Source of the DNA: a virus
Direction: 5' to 3' (one strand)
DNA: 64,000 bases
Virus record (IMG/VR): IMGVR_UViG_3300046810_000466
Coordinates: 21,169 to 85,168 of that record
This document shows positions 47,046 to 55,474 of this stretch, piece by piece; position 1 is the first letter of the stretch; each line of letters starts with the position of its first letter. The position numbers were made by a program, and so were the translations under genes. Under the pieces are notes generated by a model that searched no databases, was not told the DNA's origin, and was given only the letters and a program-made list of their open reading frames with translations.

Positions 47046-49189
47046 CAATAATAGTCCATTGCCAGTTGTTCGAGGTCGGTATGGTTAAAGTAGAACCCTA
47101 ACGTTTCCAACACCAAGTAAAACATTGCAGTTGCTTTCTGAACGATCTTGCGGGTATTGATCACCATCATGATCTCATCGGGAATACCCTTCGACGTTAT
47201 AATCGGCAATGGGAGTTGCAGCGATGTGATCTTATCGCGACCGTTTTCTTCTAACCAGCGACGCATGCGGGCTGCGACATCTTGGTCTGGCATATTCTCC
47301 AGCCAAGTATTGGTCTTGGTTTTACTATCCAATTCCAAACTCACAGCGATCGCCTTGTAAGGTGGTGGCGCAATGGCACCGTACTTCGCACCAAACACAT
47401 CGTTCCACATGCCGTATTGCTTGTAAGTTGCGGCACCTTCCTGTTGCTTGTATGCTGCCGGGTCTTTCACCGTGGACAGTTTCAAGTAACGGAATTCACC
47501 TCGCTTAATTGACGCCACAATACTGCGTTCCAGATCGGCCACCTCCGTCAAATACTTCTTGGCACTGAGTTTACCGTCACGCATTAGCGTATCGATAATA
47601 TCAATCATCATGTTTTCCGCTTGCTGTACCACCTCTTTCGGAACGTTCGAGGATTTCAGGTGCACGCCCTTAATCTCCTTTTGCAGTTCCTCTTTGATGT
47701 TACCTTCCTGGCAGCTAATCATGGCGAAGTAGTGCTTACCCAGATTCGTCAGGCTAAACACCTTGAACATGAATTCGTTCTTCATCGCGATCGTAAAGGC
47801 GTGATCACGACCAATGCCGACGTTAGCCGACATCTTTGCCAGGATGTGGATGATTGTTTGCGACGCCAGGGTAATCATGGCTGCAGCAACCGCATCGTGG
47901 GTGTCGTCGAAGGTGAACTCGCCACAATACCACTTGATCCAGTCTTGCGTCGTAAAGATGGTGGAGTCCGTATCGGAGACCATCACTACACGACGCAAGC
48001 TGCTCGGGAACTGCGCTACGGATGCAGGCATGTTGTCTGTTGCCCAGAAAGCATGGATCAAGTCGTCAAAATCCCACAGCACTTGAGCAATGTTTTCTGT
48101 CTGTGCCGCGACCTTGGCAAAGCCTTCAGGATTGTTCTTCTCGATTTTGTCGAGCGACTTACCTTTAGTAATGTCAGGACGCAGCTGTTTAGCCAGACTC
48201 AGGAAGTCTTCTGGCCACTTTCGGATGGTTTCGCTGGGAGTGGGGTCCAGTACATCCACCCGTTGAATAAGCCGTCCCATAAAAGCGCGTACAAAAGCAT
48301 CGTTCATCTCCTTGAGTTGGTACATGTCGCCGGTGTAGACGAATGCAGCGCGTTGAATTGGAGAAAGACGATCGATCAACAATTGCAACTTCGCATACGA
48401 TCGTTTATCTGTCCAATACAACAATGCAGAACGAGTAATGACGCCCATCGTCTCTTCGATGGTTGGGTAGTGCAAGTTGTACTTCGTCATCACCTGTTCA
48501 ATCAAGGTGTAGTCTGAATTGGCAACAATGGAGACGATGTTGTTACGGGTAACCTTGTACGACCAGTAGTGGCGATTGCTGGCCAAGAAACGTTCGTTGT
48601 TGGCGTTACCATACGCCGAGGTTTGGCGGCATGCTGATGTCAGGGAACTGTGGCCGGTCTTATTGTGCAGCGGGTTGTGCTCACTAACCATCGCGCCGGA
48701 TACGGCGTTGTTCGCCAGCTTCTCGGTGGTTTGAGAACCCTTGAAGAAGCTATAGTTGAAACTCTTCTTCCCTTCATCCTGTTCCGCCACGAACATTTTC
48801 TTCTTTGCTTTTCCGCGGCTCTTGACGTTATCGTCCTGGAACTCGGACAGCGCCGAGTAACGAACCTTTGGATTATGGTAAGTCGTAAAGGTCGGAGCGA
48901 AGATGTTACCGTCACGCAGGATGGTACTGATGTACTCCGACATCGGCAACTCACTTTCCTCGCGGTCGCCGGACTCAAAGTCGCGTTCCAGGAAAATGGC
49001 CTTAGGATCATGTATTTGGAAATCCCCGCCAGGTCCCAACTGGCTCTTAACAAACTCAGCAGCTTCTTCTCTTGAGATACCTGCCATGATCTGCAAGTGT
49101 TCAATCTGATCATGGACGTAATGCTTAAGCGGATTAATATCGCGCTTATAATCGTTTGCATCCGAAATAAACGGACTGTTGTTCGACAT
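47045..49189 (-). CDS. DNA polymerase family B, polymerase subunit (phiKZ gp50-like)
   Basis: Start MSNNSPF (AAGGA RBS); motif B 'KLANNAVSG', motif C 'SDTDST', 'KHY', 'EIKGVHLK'. Confidence 0.88.
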   Translation of the reverse strand: MSNNSPFISDANDYKRDINPLKHYVHDQIEHLQIMAGISREEAAEFVKSQLGPGGDFQIHDPKAIFLERDFESGDREESELPMSEYISTILRDGNIFAPTFTTYHNPKVRYSALSEFQDDNVKSRGKAKKKMFVAEQDEGKKSFNYSFFKGSQTTEKLANNAVSGAMVSEHNPLHNKTGHSSLTSACRQTSAYGNANNERFLASNRHYWSYKVTRNNIVSIVANSDYTLIEQVMTKYNLHYPTIEETMGVITRSALLYWTDKRSYAKLQLLIDRLSPIQRAAFVYTGDMYQLKEMNDAFVRAFMGRLIQRVDVLDPTPSETIRKWPEDFLSLAKQLRPDITKGKSLDKIEKNNPEGFAKVAAQTENIAQVLWDFDDLIHAFWATDNMPASVAQFPSSLRRVVMVSDTDSTIFTTQDWIKWYCGEFTFDDTHDAVAAAMITLASQTIIHILAKMSANVGIGRDHAFTIAMKNEFMFKVFSLTNLGKHYFAMISCQEGNIKEELQKEIKGVHLKSSNVPKEVVQQAENMMIDIIDTLMRDGKLSAKKYLTEVADLERSIVASIKRGEFRYLKLSTVKDPAAYKQQEGAATYKQYGMWNDVFGAKYGAIAPPPYKAIAVSLELDSKTKTNTWLENMPDQDVAARMRRWLEENGRDKITSLQLPLPIITSKGIPDEIMMVINTRKIVQKATAMFYLVLETLGFYFNHTDLEQLAMDYY

Positions 49190-49240
49190 GCCAGCATCCT
49201 TTAATTCTGCGTTGACTACATCATTAGGTTCGACGATAGA

Positions 49241-49296
49241 AAAGAAAAAAGGACGGCATAAAAGGAGGACAGGAACCGCCGAAGCGATCCCTGTCC
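49241..49296 (-). terminator. hairpin followed by TTTTATGCCGT and T-run
   Basis: GGACAGG..CGC-CGAA-GCG..CCTGTCC stem. Confidence 0.65.
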
Positions 49297-49299
49297 AAA

Positions 49300-49625
49300 A
49301 GTGTATCATGGATGTCCAAACAAATGCTAGGTAAAACAGAGCGACACTACAAGCTGTTCAGGGATGTGAAATAACAAGATCGTCAACCGCTTTGACCCGA
49401 TCAATCGTGCAAAAAAGGATGGCAAAACACACGAGATCGTAGATCTCACAATTTTCCTTTCCTGCTATTTCGCGCCACCTCTACGCTTTACATCCTTGGC
49501 CTCTTATAGCGCCGCCCTCACACCTCTGTCGCAAGCAGAGCAATACGTCAACCAAGCCAGTATGGCCAACGCATTTAAAGGTTGTGTGACTCCCTTTCCT
49601 ACACTTTATACTCAGCCCTAATAAA
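49300..49625 (-). ncRNA. candidate structured non-coding RNA
   Basis: No convincing gene; nested helices with many G-U pairs on the minus strand only (see findings). Confidence 0.45.
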
Positions 49626-49632
49626 AAATCAA

Positions 49633-50052
49633 TCAGGGTACCTGAGCAATTGTTGCTTGATCGAACGAGATCTTGCTAACTTTAAAACCGTTGGCAGCCA
49701 AGGCATCCAAGAGCTTGCTTTGCGAACCACTGCTCTCGTTGTCCACTTCAATCGTGAACTTGCCGAGGTTAACTACTTGTACCGTGTTGGCGACGATCCA
49801 GGCCAGTCCGATGAGTTGCGTCTGACCGGACGGGGTCTTGATCTTGATGTAGTTGTACTTGTTTGGATCGTTTGGCGTCGAAGACGGCAGGGACGGATAC
49901 ACCAGCGCATGCATTGCCTTGGTATCCAGCCCGCTAGCTTCAGCCGTTTCTTGATCGATGATTGCCAAAATCTTGACGTTCTTAAATGCTGTGCCCAGTA
50001 CAGAGACCGGATACACTTCGAACGAATACATCCCTGAGATTTTAAAGTCCAT
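49633..50052 (-). CDS. conserved chimallivirus protein (phiKZ gp49 position)
   Basis: 139 aa; 'YSFEVYPVSVLG..FKNVKIL', 'HALVYPSLP', 'IGLAWI'. Confidence 0.7.
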   Translation of the reverse strand: MDFKISGMYSFEVYPVSVLGTAFKNVKILAIIDQETAEASGLDTKAMHALVYPSLPSSTPNDPNKYNYIKIKTPSGQTQLIGLAWIVANTVQVVNLGKFTIEVDNESSGSQSKLLDALAANGFKVSKISFDQATIAQVP

Positions 50053-50068
50053 TCCTTACTCCATCTGA

Positions 50069-50431
50069 TTAATTTTGGTAACGCCGCACACACAGGTCTG
50101 GCCCATTCATTTTGAATGGGAAGTACATGAGTGCGCCATTAACGTAGAATCGATGCTCCTGTAAGCGCTGGTAAAGCCGCTCCAGAATATCAAAGACAAT
50201 CTCGTCGACAGCGTTACGATTGAAAGTCAGATGATTGGCAAAGATCAGTGAGCTGTAATCGAGAATACTCCGGTCGCTCAGCTCACTGGGATGATGCTTG
50301 TCTAAGACTTGAAAGAGCTGGTCGAACAACTGGAAGTGATCCTCGCTACTTAGCCCAGCGTTAAGGAACGACTCCAAGTTGTCTACCAAGTCTGTTGTGT
50401 CGAAGACCGTGTAATGTTGATCGGTCAGCAT
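50069..50431 (-). CDS. hypothetical protein, tandem paralog array member
   Basis: Start MLTDQ with AGGAG RBS; 120 aa. Confidence 0.65.
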   Translation of the reverse strand: MLTDQHYTVFDTTDLVDNLESFLNAGLSSEDHFQLFDQLFQVLDKHHPSELSDRSILDYSSLIFANHLTFNRNAVDEIVFDILERLYQRLQEHRFYVNGALMYFPFKMNGPDLCVRRYQN

Positions 50432-50441
50432 GATGCTCCTA

Positions 50442-51068
50442 CTAGTTGTCCTCTTCGTTGCGAAACACAGGAGGGGCACCAACGCCAGGATTGTGCGAAT
50501 CATCCAGCGCCACCAACACGCACGAGTCCATCCAACCGGCGAAGTGGTACGGGAAGTAACCTTCCTTGTACATGCCGAATTCGATCAGGCGTTGGAAGAA
50601 ACGACGACCAAAGTTAGCCGCCAGCTTCGCCACTTTCATACGTGTGTCGGTGTAGACCATTTCCATGGCGTCCGCTGGAATATTCGGCAGCAGCTGGTGA
50701 TGCGTCATGCTAGCGATGTCGAATTCCAACAGCTGGATAGCCATGTTGACATCGTTGGAAGTGGCGCTGTGTTGTTTTACAGCTTCGATGACGTTCGTCA
50801 AAATGAAACTCACGTCAGGGTGCCAAGGGCGTTGACGCACCGCATGGTGCTGTGCAGTGTAGACCGTCTTACGCATCTCGCCCGAATACGGGTCGATCGA
50901 ATAGACTTCCGGATAGACCTGACCAACCTCCGACTGTTGGTGTTGCATGACTTCGGATGAAACAACCTCGTGCCATTTCGAGGTCAGTTCTTCCACCAAG
51001 TCGTCGATGGCCAAGATGTAGTACTGTGGATAGTTAGCAGCGGGTGCGTTTGAATATGTAGGTTTCAT
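50442..51068 (-). CDS. hypothetical protein, tandem paralog array member
   Basis: 208 aa; C-terminal 'FFQRLIEFGMYKEGYFPY'. Confidence 0.65.
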   Translation of the reverse strand: MKPTYSNAPAANYPQYYILAIDDLVEELTSKWHEVVSSEVMQHQQSEVGQVYPEVYSIDPYSGEMRKTVYTAQHHAVRQRPWHPDVSFILTNVIEAVKQHSATSNDVNMAIQLLEFDIASMTHHQLLPNIPADAMEMVYTDTRMKVAKLAANFGRRFFQRLIEFGMYKEGYFPYHFAGWMDSCVLVALDDSHNPGVGAPPVFRNEEDN

Positions 51069-51450
51069 TGTTCATGGGTCTCGAGGTGATCGTGTAACAT
51101 TCATTGCCGGTTCGATACATTCCCAGCTGTGTAAATTTATCGCACATCATGCGACCAAAAGTAACGATACTTTCCCGAAGGTAGTCTCGCATCTCTCTAT
51201 CAGTATTCACAGCTGATCCAGGTGTGGTCTCGAAAAACTCCTCCTTGGAGAAGAGATAATCGCGCGACACCAACTCATCGGCAACCCTTTCTAACTGGGC
51301 CAACGGGACAGGAAATTCAAAAATCGACATCACCCACCATTTGACCATACCCAGATCAATGGTGGGTAGCTCTGGGTATGTTAATCGCTTCTCGAAGGTC
51401 GTTACCGCATCTTCGAAGTCCACGATATAAATGGTTTCATCAACAGCCAT
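51034..51450 (-). CDS. hypothetical protein, tandem paralog array member
   Basis: Start MAVDET with AGGAG RBS; C-terminal 'CDKFTQLGMYRTGNECY'. Confidence 0.65.
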   Translation of the reverse strand: MAVDETIYIVDFEDAVTTFEKRLTYPELPTIDLGMVKWWVMSIFEFPVPLAQLERVADELVSRDYLFSKEEFFETTPGSAVNTDREMRDYLRESIVTFGRMMCDKFTQLGMYRTGNECYTITSRPMNNETYIFKRTRC

Positions 51451-51463
51451 TGCGCCGTTTCTC

Positions 51464-51871
51464 CTAATTACTGCGCTCCAACAACATGTAATTGTGTCCC
51501 CACTTAATGGAATGCACATCTACTACACTGGAGCGCAGCTCCTTTTCATAATGCTCAACAATGCGTCGCACAGTGGCACCTACTCCTAAACACAACAGTA
51601 GCAATATTTCTTGTTGACTTGGGTTGCTTACTTGTGGTGCATTGAATCGAAACTCTGGGGAGAGGTACGAGTCGTGGTACATTTGCATGACGCGATCGAA
51701 GAACGCTTCATCACGGCTATCTGAATCATACAGCGTCGGTGGTCCGCTGAGATAATGCACCAGATAGTCCGTGATCAGTCCTTTCAAACCGTGGGGGTAA
51801 AACTCTAAAGCATCCGCCAACCGCTCGAACGTCTCTATTACCCCAAACGTTTCAATTAGCAGTTTGTTCAT
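51464..51871 (-). CDS. hypothetical protein
   Basis: Start MNKLL with AGGA RBS; 135 aa. Confidence 0.6.
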   Translation of the reverse strand: MNKLLIETFGVIETFERLADALEFYPHGLKGLITDYLVHYLSGPPTLYDSDSRDEAFFDRVMQMYHDSYLSPEFRFNAPQVSNPSQQEILLLLCLGVGATVRRIVEHYEKELRSSVVDVHSIKWGHNYMLLERSN

Positions 51872-51878
51872 TCCAGTC

Positions 51879-52268
51879 CTAACGGATATAGACACTCAAG
51901 GTGTTATTGTTGTTATGCATTACATACCGAGCGTTCTCGAGCTGTTGGAACGAGATATCTGGGAAACTGCCCACCACGATGCCAAGGATTGTGTCCATGA
52001 CACAGTGACTCATCTCACGAGAATACTGTTCGCTAATCTTAAACCGGCTCAAGTATGCCATCGCCAAATCAATTGCTGTAGTCGCTTCGCGATCTGCGAT
52101 CTTGACACTCAGCCACTCCAGCATGTACATGACGTACTGCCGCACGTCAAAGTACTCATGGCCAACATGGTTGTACATCGTCCATGAAGGCAGCGCCGCT
52201 AATCCATCTTCGATGATTTGCATGACTGGATCGAACGGCAGCAAGTAGTGTCTCTCTTGTTGGTTCAT
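51879..52268 (-). CDS. hypothetical protein
   Basis: 129 aa, tightly packed in operon. Confidence 0.6.
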   Translation of the reverse strand: MNQQERHYLLPFDPVMQIIEDGLAALPSWTMYNHVGHEYFDVRQYVMYMLEWLSVKIADREATTAIDLAMAYLSRFKISEQYSREMSHCVMDTILGIVVGSFPDISFQQLENARYVMHNNNNTLSVYIR

Positions 52269-52271
52269 GTT

Positions 52272-53216
52272 CTAACGGTAAGGGTTATTAATGATGGCCT
52301 GGGCGTAGTTGTTCGACGCCAGATCTTCTTGCTCGCCGACATAGCGATCCCAGTCGCCATTGGTACGCGCTTGCAACCAGCGTTGGTATTCCGGATCACC
52401 TGTGATGGTTTCCCATTCACGGATACGATAGTCGCCCAATTGGTCAATCCGCAGCTGATAACCATCATGCACTGTGATGGTGCAGATCTGGAAAGGATTG
52501 TGGCGAATCAAATCCCGGATTGGGCTGATCACTGTCAACATGCCATCAAACACCAACGACAAAGTATCCTGGAACCAGCGATCCTGACGCAAGTGATCTA
52601 CCGGACGAACATGCCGAGACAACGTAGGTAGTTGCAAGAACGGCAGCACAACTTCTTCCAACAGCACCGCGGTGCGATTCGCAAATGCCCGGGAAGAATT
52701 AATGTCGTGCTGAACAATTGCCATTGCCACTTTCATTCCCATCACTGGCATGTCTGGGAACAACGAGGCAGTTTTGCCTAAGTGGTGTGGCAGCAAGACG
52801 CGTTTTGGTCGTGGATCAAAATCAGGGTTGATGTCAATCACGTCCCATGGCATGTACGGCACCTGTTCCAGCGAGAACACTGGTTGATACTCGTAACGGT
52901 AGTACTGCCACGGAGCGGCTTGACGGCCGCTCAAGACATCGCCAACAATCGCCTTGCCAGTGTAGGTATAGACTTCCGTTGGCTCCATGTTAATGGCAGT
53001 CTTCGGTGCATCGAAACCTTGCTGAAGTACCGGCTTTTCATACCAGTACGTACCGCCCTCGACCAAGACTGGCTCGAGCTGGTTAGGCAAGTACAGTCCT
53101 GCCTTTGGCGGTTTCAACATCGCACCAAACGCATTCTGCACCATGTGGGCAGTATCGTACATATCCAAGTACGAGGCGCGTCTAGTATCGAGTTGATGGG
53201 ATTGGAGGTAGGACAT
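52272..53216 (-). CDS. conserved chimallivirus hypothetical protein
   Basis: 314 aa, AGGA RBS; 'GLYLPNQLEPV', 'LGDYRIREWE'. Confidence 0.65.
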   Translation of the reverse strand: MSYLQSHQLDTRRASYLDMYDTAHMVQNAFGAMLKPPKAGLYLPNQLEPVLVEGGTYWYEKPVLQQGFDAPKTAINMEPTEVYTYTGKAIVGDVLSGRQAAPWQYYRYEYQPVFSLEQVPYMPWDVIDINPDFDPRPKRVLLPHHLGKTASLFPDMPVMGMKVAMAIVQHDINSSRAFANRTAVLLEEVVLPFLQLPTLSRHVRPVDHLRQDRWFQDTLSLVFDGMLTVISPIRDLIRHNPFQICTITVHDGYQLRIDQLGDYRIREWETITGDPEYQRWLQARTNGDWDRYVGEQEDLASNNYAQAIINNPYR

Positions 53217-53646
53217 GGTTTCCTAGTTGAGTTTGACTGACATCGCTTTCGATATACAACCAACACGCTTGACGCGTGATCGAATGGGTTTGGATGTCGC
53301 CGTAGAATTTAGGGATGAACACTTGTTTGCCAGTGCGATCATGGAGATCAAAATGACAAACCAGTTCGTTGTGTACTCTGCTGAACTCAGGATGACGTTG
53401 CACATGCATTGCTGGACAAATATAGAACACTTCATACAGCTCTTGCGTGATAATCCAGTTGATCAATTCCTCGCGTTGCGATGTAGGATCATCAACACGG
53501 TAGGCATCCTTCCAACGCCAGTTACGATCAATTGGACTATTGTCAGTAATCCAGGGATAGCGAAAAGCAATCTGATTTAAACACTGTTCAATGTAGGTCA
53601 GATAGTCGTTAATGTCCAGCACCCATATCGTTCGTGTAAGGCGCAT
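53182..53646 (-). CDS. hypothetical protein
   Basis: Start MRLTR with AAGGA RBS; 154 aa. Confidence 0.6.
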   Translation of the reverse strand: MRLTRTIWVLDINDYLTYIEQCLNQIAFRYPWITDNSPIDRNWRWKDAYRVDDPTSQREELINWIITQELYEVFYICPAMHVQRHPEFSRVHNELVCHFDLHDRTGKQVFIPKFYGDIQTHSITRQACWLYIESDVSQTQLGNHVLPPIPSTRY

Positions 53647-53724
53647 AGGTGGTCCTTTGAGGGTCTTCTGGTATACAATACCCAGCCGAGGTAAAATAAA
53701 GCCTACAGCGCGTTTAAACGCGTG

Positions 53725-53789
53725 ACGGCATAAAAAGAAAAGCACACTTAACTATACAGTTCTCTTGCGAGAAGGGATAGTTAAGTGTG
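53725..53789 (-). terminator. long hairpin followed by T-run and TATGCCGT
   Basis: CACACTTAACTAT..TTCTC-TTGC-GAGAA..ATAGTTAAGTGTG. Confidence 0.7.
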
Positions 53790-54029
53790 ATGAAAGAACC
53801 GATGACTTCTTCTTCACAGGGCTAGCTATAGACTAGCCCACAGCTTCCATACACCGGATCTTTCATGCTCATTCGCTTAACGTCCGATGATCCCATCCTG
53901 TCGTAGACTCAACCGGCACATTGAAGGGCCGTTGGAATACGAAACAAGGTGGCGAGACTCGGACAAGGCGCCACACAGGCTAGCCTAATAAACGCGTAAA
54001 GACGCGAGTGGGAGGGTTGGCGAAATCGC
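53790..54029 (-). ncRNA. candidate structured RNA downstream of phuZ
   Basis: Consecutive hairpins filling a gene-free interval (see findings). Confidence 0.35.
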
Positions 54030-54311
54030 TCAAGGACGCTGGCTTTCAAAGCCCTTAACTCTGAGCCAGCGTCCCTTAGGGACAGTTCGGGACTGTGGGG
54101 TCTGGAGACGCCCACTGAATCGAGGACAGCAGTCCACCTCGAGCAGATAATGATCGTAAAGACCAATCTGCACAGGAAGGATCAAGTCGCTGGCGTCGAA
54201 GACTTCAAGGACTGGTTGAACCAGACCCTGCATTCCCGTCGCGAGCAGTGCTTCTGCTATCCGTCGCCCTAAACCACTACCACCGCACCCAATCAAGAGA
54301 ACGGTGGTCAC
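54030..54311 (-). CDS. small hypothetical protein with Rossmann-like GCGGSG loop
   Basis: GTG start 3 nt after the phuZ stop; 'VLLIGCGGSGLGRRIAEALL'. Confidence 0.45.
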   Translation of the reverse strand: MTTVLLIGCGGSGLGRRIAEALLATGMQGLVQPVLEVFDASDLILPVQIGLYDHYLLEVDCCPRFSGRLQTPQSRTVPKGRWLRVKGFESQRP

Positions 54312-54314
54312 GTA

Positions 54315-55355
54315 TTACAGCACCAGGCCAGTGTTGTCGACCTTGTCGGTGTTCGACAGGATCGAGGTCTTCGGCGGACGCGACTCGGCAGCTTGAGTCA
54401 GATCGCTCAGGAAACCGTTCAGGCCCTTGGTGAACTGCGGCAGCAGGCCGTCGGAGATGACGTAGCTGATGACCTTGCCAGCCAGCTGTTCGCCGCCGTC
54501 CTTGATCTGCGGCAGGATACCAACGGTCTGGTACTCCGGCGCTTGCGGCAGGTCGGTGTTCACGCCTTCAGGCGCCAGCGTTGCCACCGAAATGATGTTA
54601 CCCAGCTTGGCCAGGTCGCTTTTCATTTCGGTGTTGTCGCCGTCGGCTTGGTCGTGCCAGAGGATGGTCAGCACCGCCAGCTGGGCGCCGAACGAGGTCA
54701 GGCCGTCTTTGCTGAAGTTCAACCAGTTCTGCAGATCCTTGGTGTCCAGTTCGCGGTTGCGACGCGAGTAGAGCATGCCCAGGTAGCTGATGGTCGAGAT
54801 CATCGACTGGTCAACTTTGGCACGGATCAGCGTCGGCGAGTTCTGCAGATAATGCATCACCACCGGCATGTCGCGTTTCTGGGAGATCGCTTCGTAGGTT
54901 TTCAGCGTCTTCAGGGTGTTCTCGGCTTCCAGCTTGGAAGCGGTCGAACCGACCATCAGGATGATAACGGCCACGCCGCGAGCCAGCAGTTCGGACGCCA
55001 GCAGTGGACCGATAACCGAACCGGAGCCGCCGGCGCCGGAGGACAGGATGATGTTCAGGTCGCCTGGCTTGTGCTGTTGCAGGATATCTTTGACGCGTTC
55101 GGCGATGGCGCCGCTGTTTTCGGAACGTACTTTACCGGAGCCGTCCAGGCCTTCGACCAGATAGCACTCGGCTTCACGGGAATGGGCGGACAGGTTCGAG
55201 CGGCTGGTGTCAACCAGAACCACTTCGAAGTCGGAAACCAGGTCACGGTTCACGGTGGTGTTCTTCAGACCGGCTACGATGTTGATGGCTGCACCGCCGC
55301 AGGCGTAGATGCGGGTACGACCTTTAGCAGGGGTTTGAGTAACTACTTGGTTCAT
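54315..55355 (-). CDS. phuZ: PhuZ phage tubulin
   Basis: 'IYACGGAAINI', 'DTSRSN', 'DGSGKVR', tubulin signature 'SGAGGSGSVIGP', 'ELDTKD', C-terminal 'DNTGLVL'. Confidence 0.93.
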   Translation of the reverse strand: MNQVVTQTPAKGRTRIYACGGAAINIVAGLKNTTVNRDLVSDFEVVLVDTSRSNLSAHSREAECYLVEGLDGSGKVRSENSGAIAERVKDILQQHKPGDLNIILSSGAGGSGSVIGPLLASELLARGVAVIILMVGSTASKLEAENTLKTLKTYEAISQKRDMPVVMHYLQNSPTLIRAKVDQSMISTISYLGMLYSRRNRELDTKDLQNWLNFSKDGLTSFGAQLAVLTILWHDQADGDNTEMKSDLAKLGNIISVATLAPEGVNTDLPQAPEYQTVGILPQIKDGGEQLAGKVISYVISDGLLPQFTKGLNGFLSDLTQAAESRPPKTSILSNTDKVDNTGLVL

Positions 55356-55436
55356 GACAATCCTTTTATTGATTATGAAGAAAACATCCAACAGCACTTC
55401 TGGACATTGGATAACAGCAACCCTATAAGAATATAC

Positions 55437-55462
55437 CCGGTTAGCTAGGGCGAACTAACCGG
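55437..55462 (-). terminator. hairpin between hypothetical gene and phuZ
   Basis: CCGGTTAG..CTAACCGG 8-bp stem. Confidence 0.45.
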
Positions 55463-55474
55463 CCGAGGTGTAAC

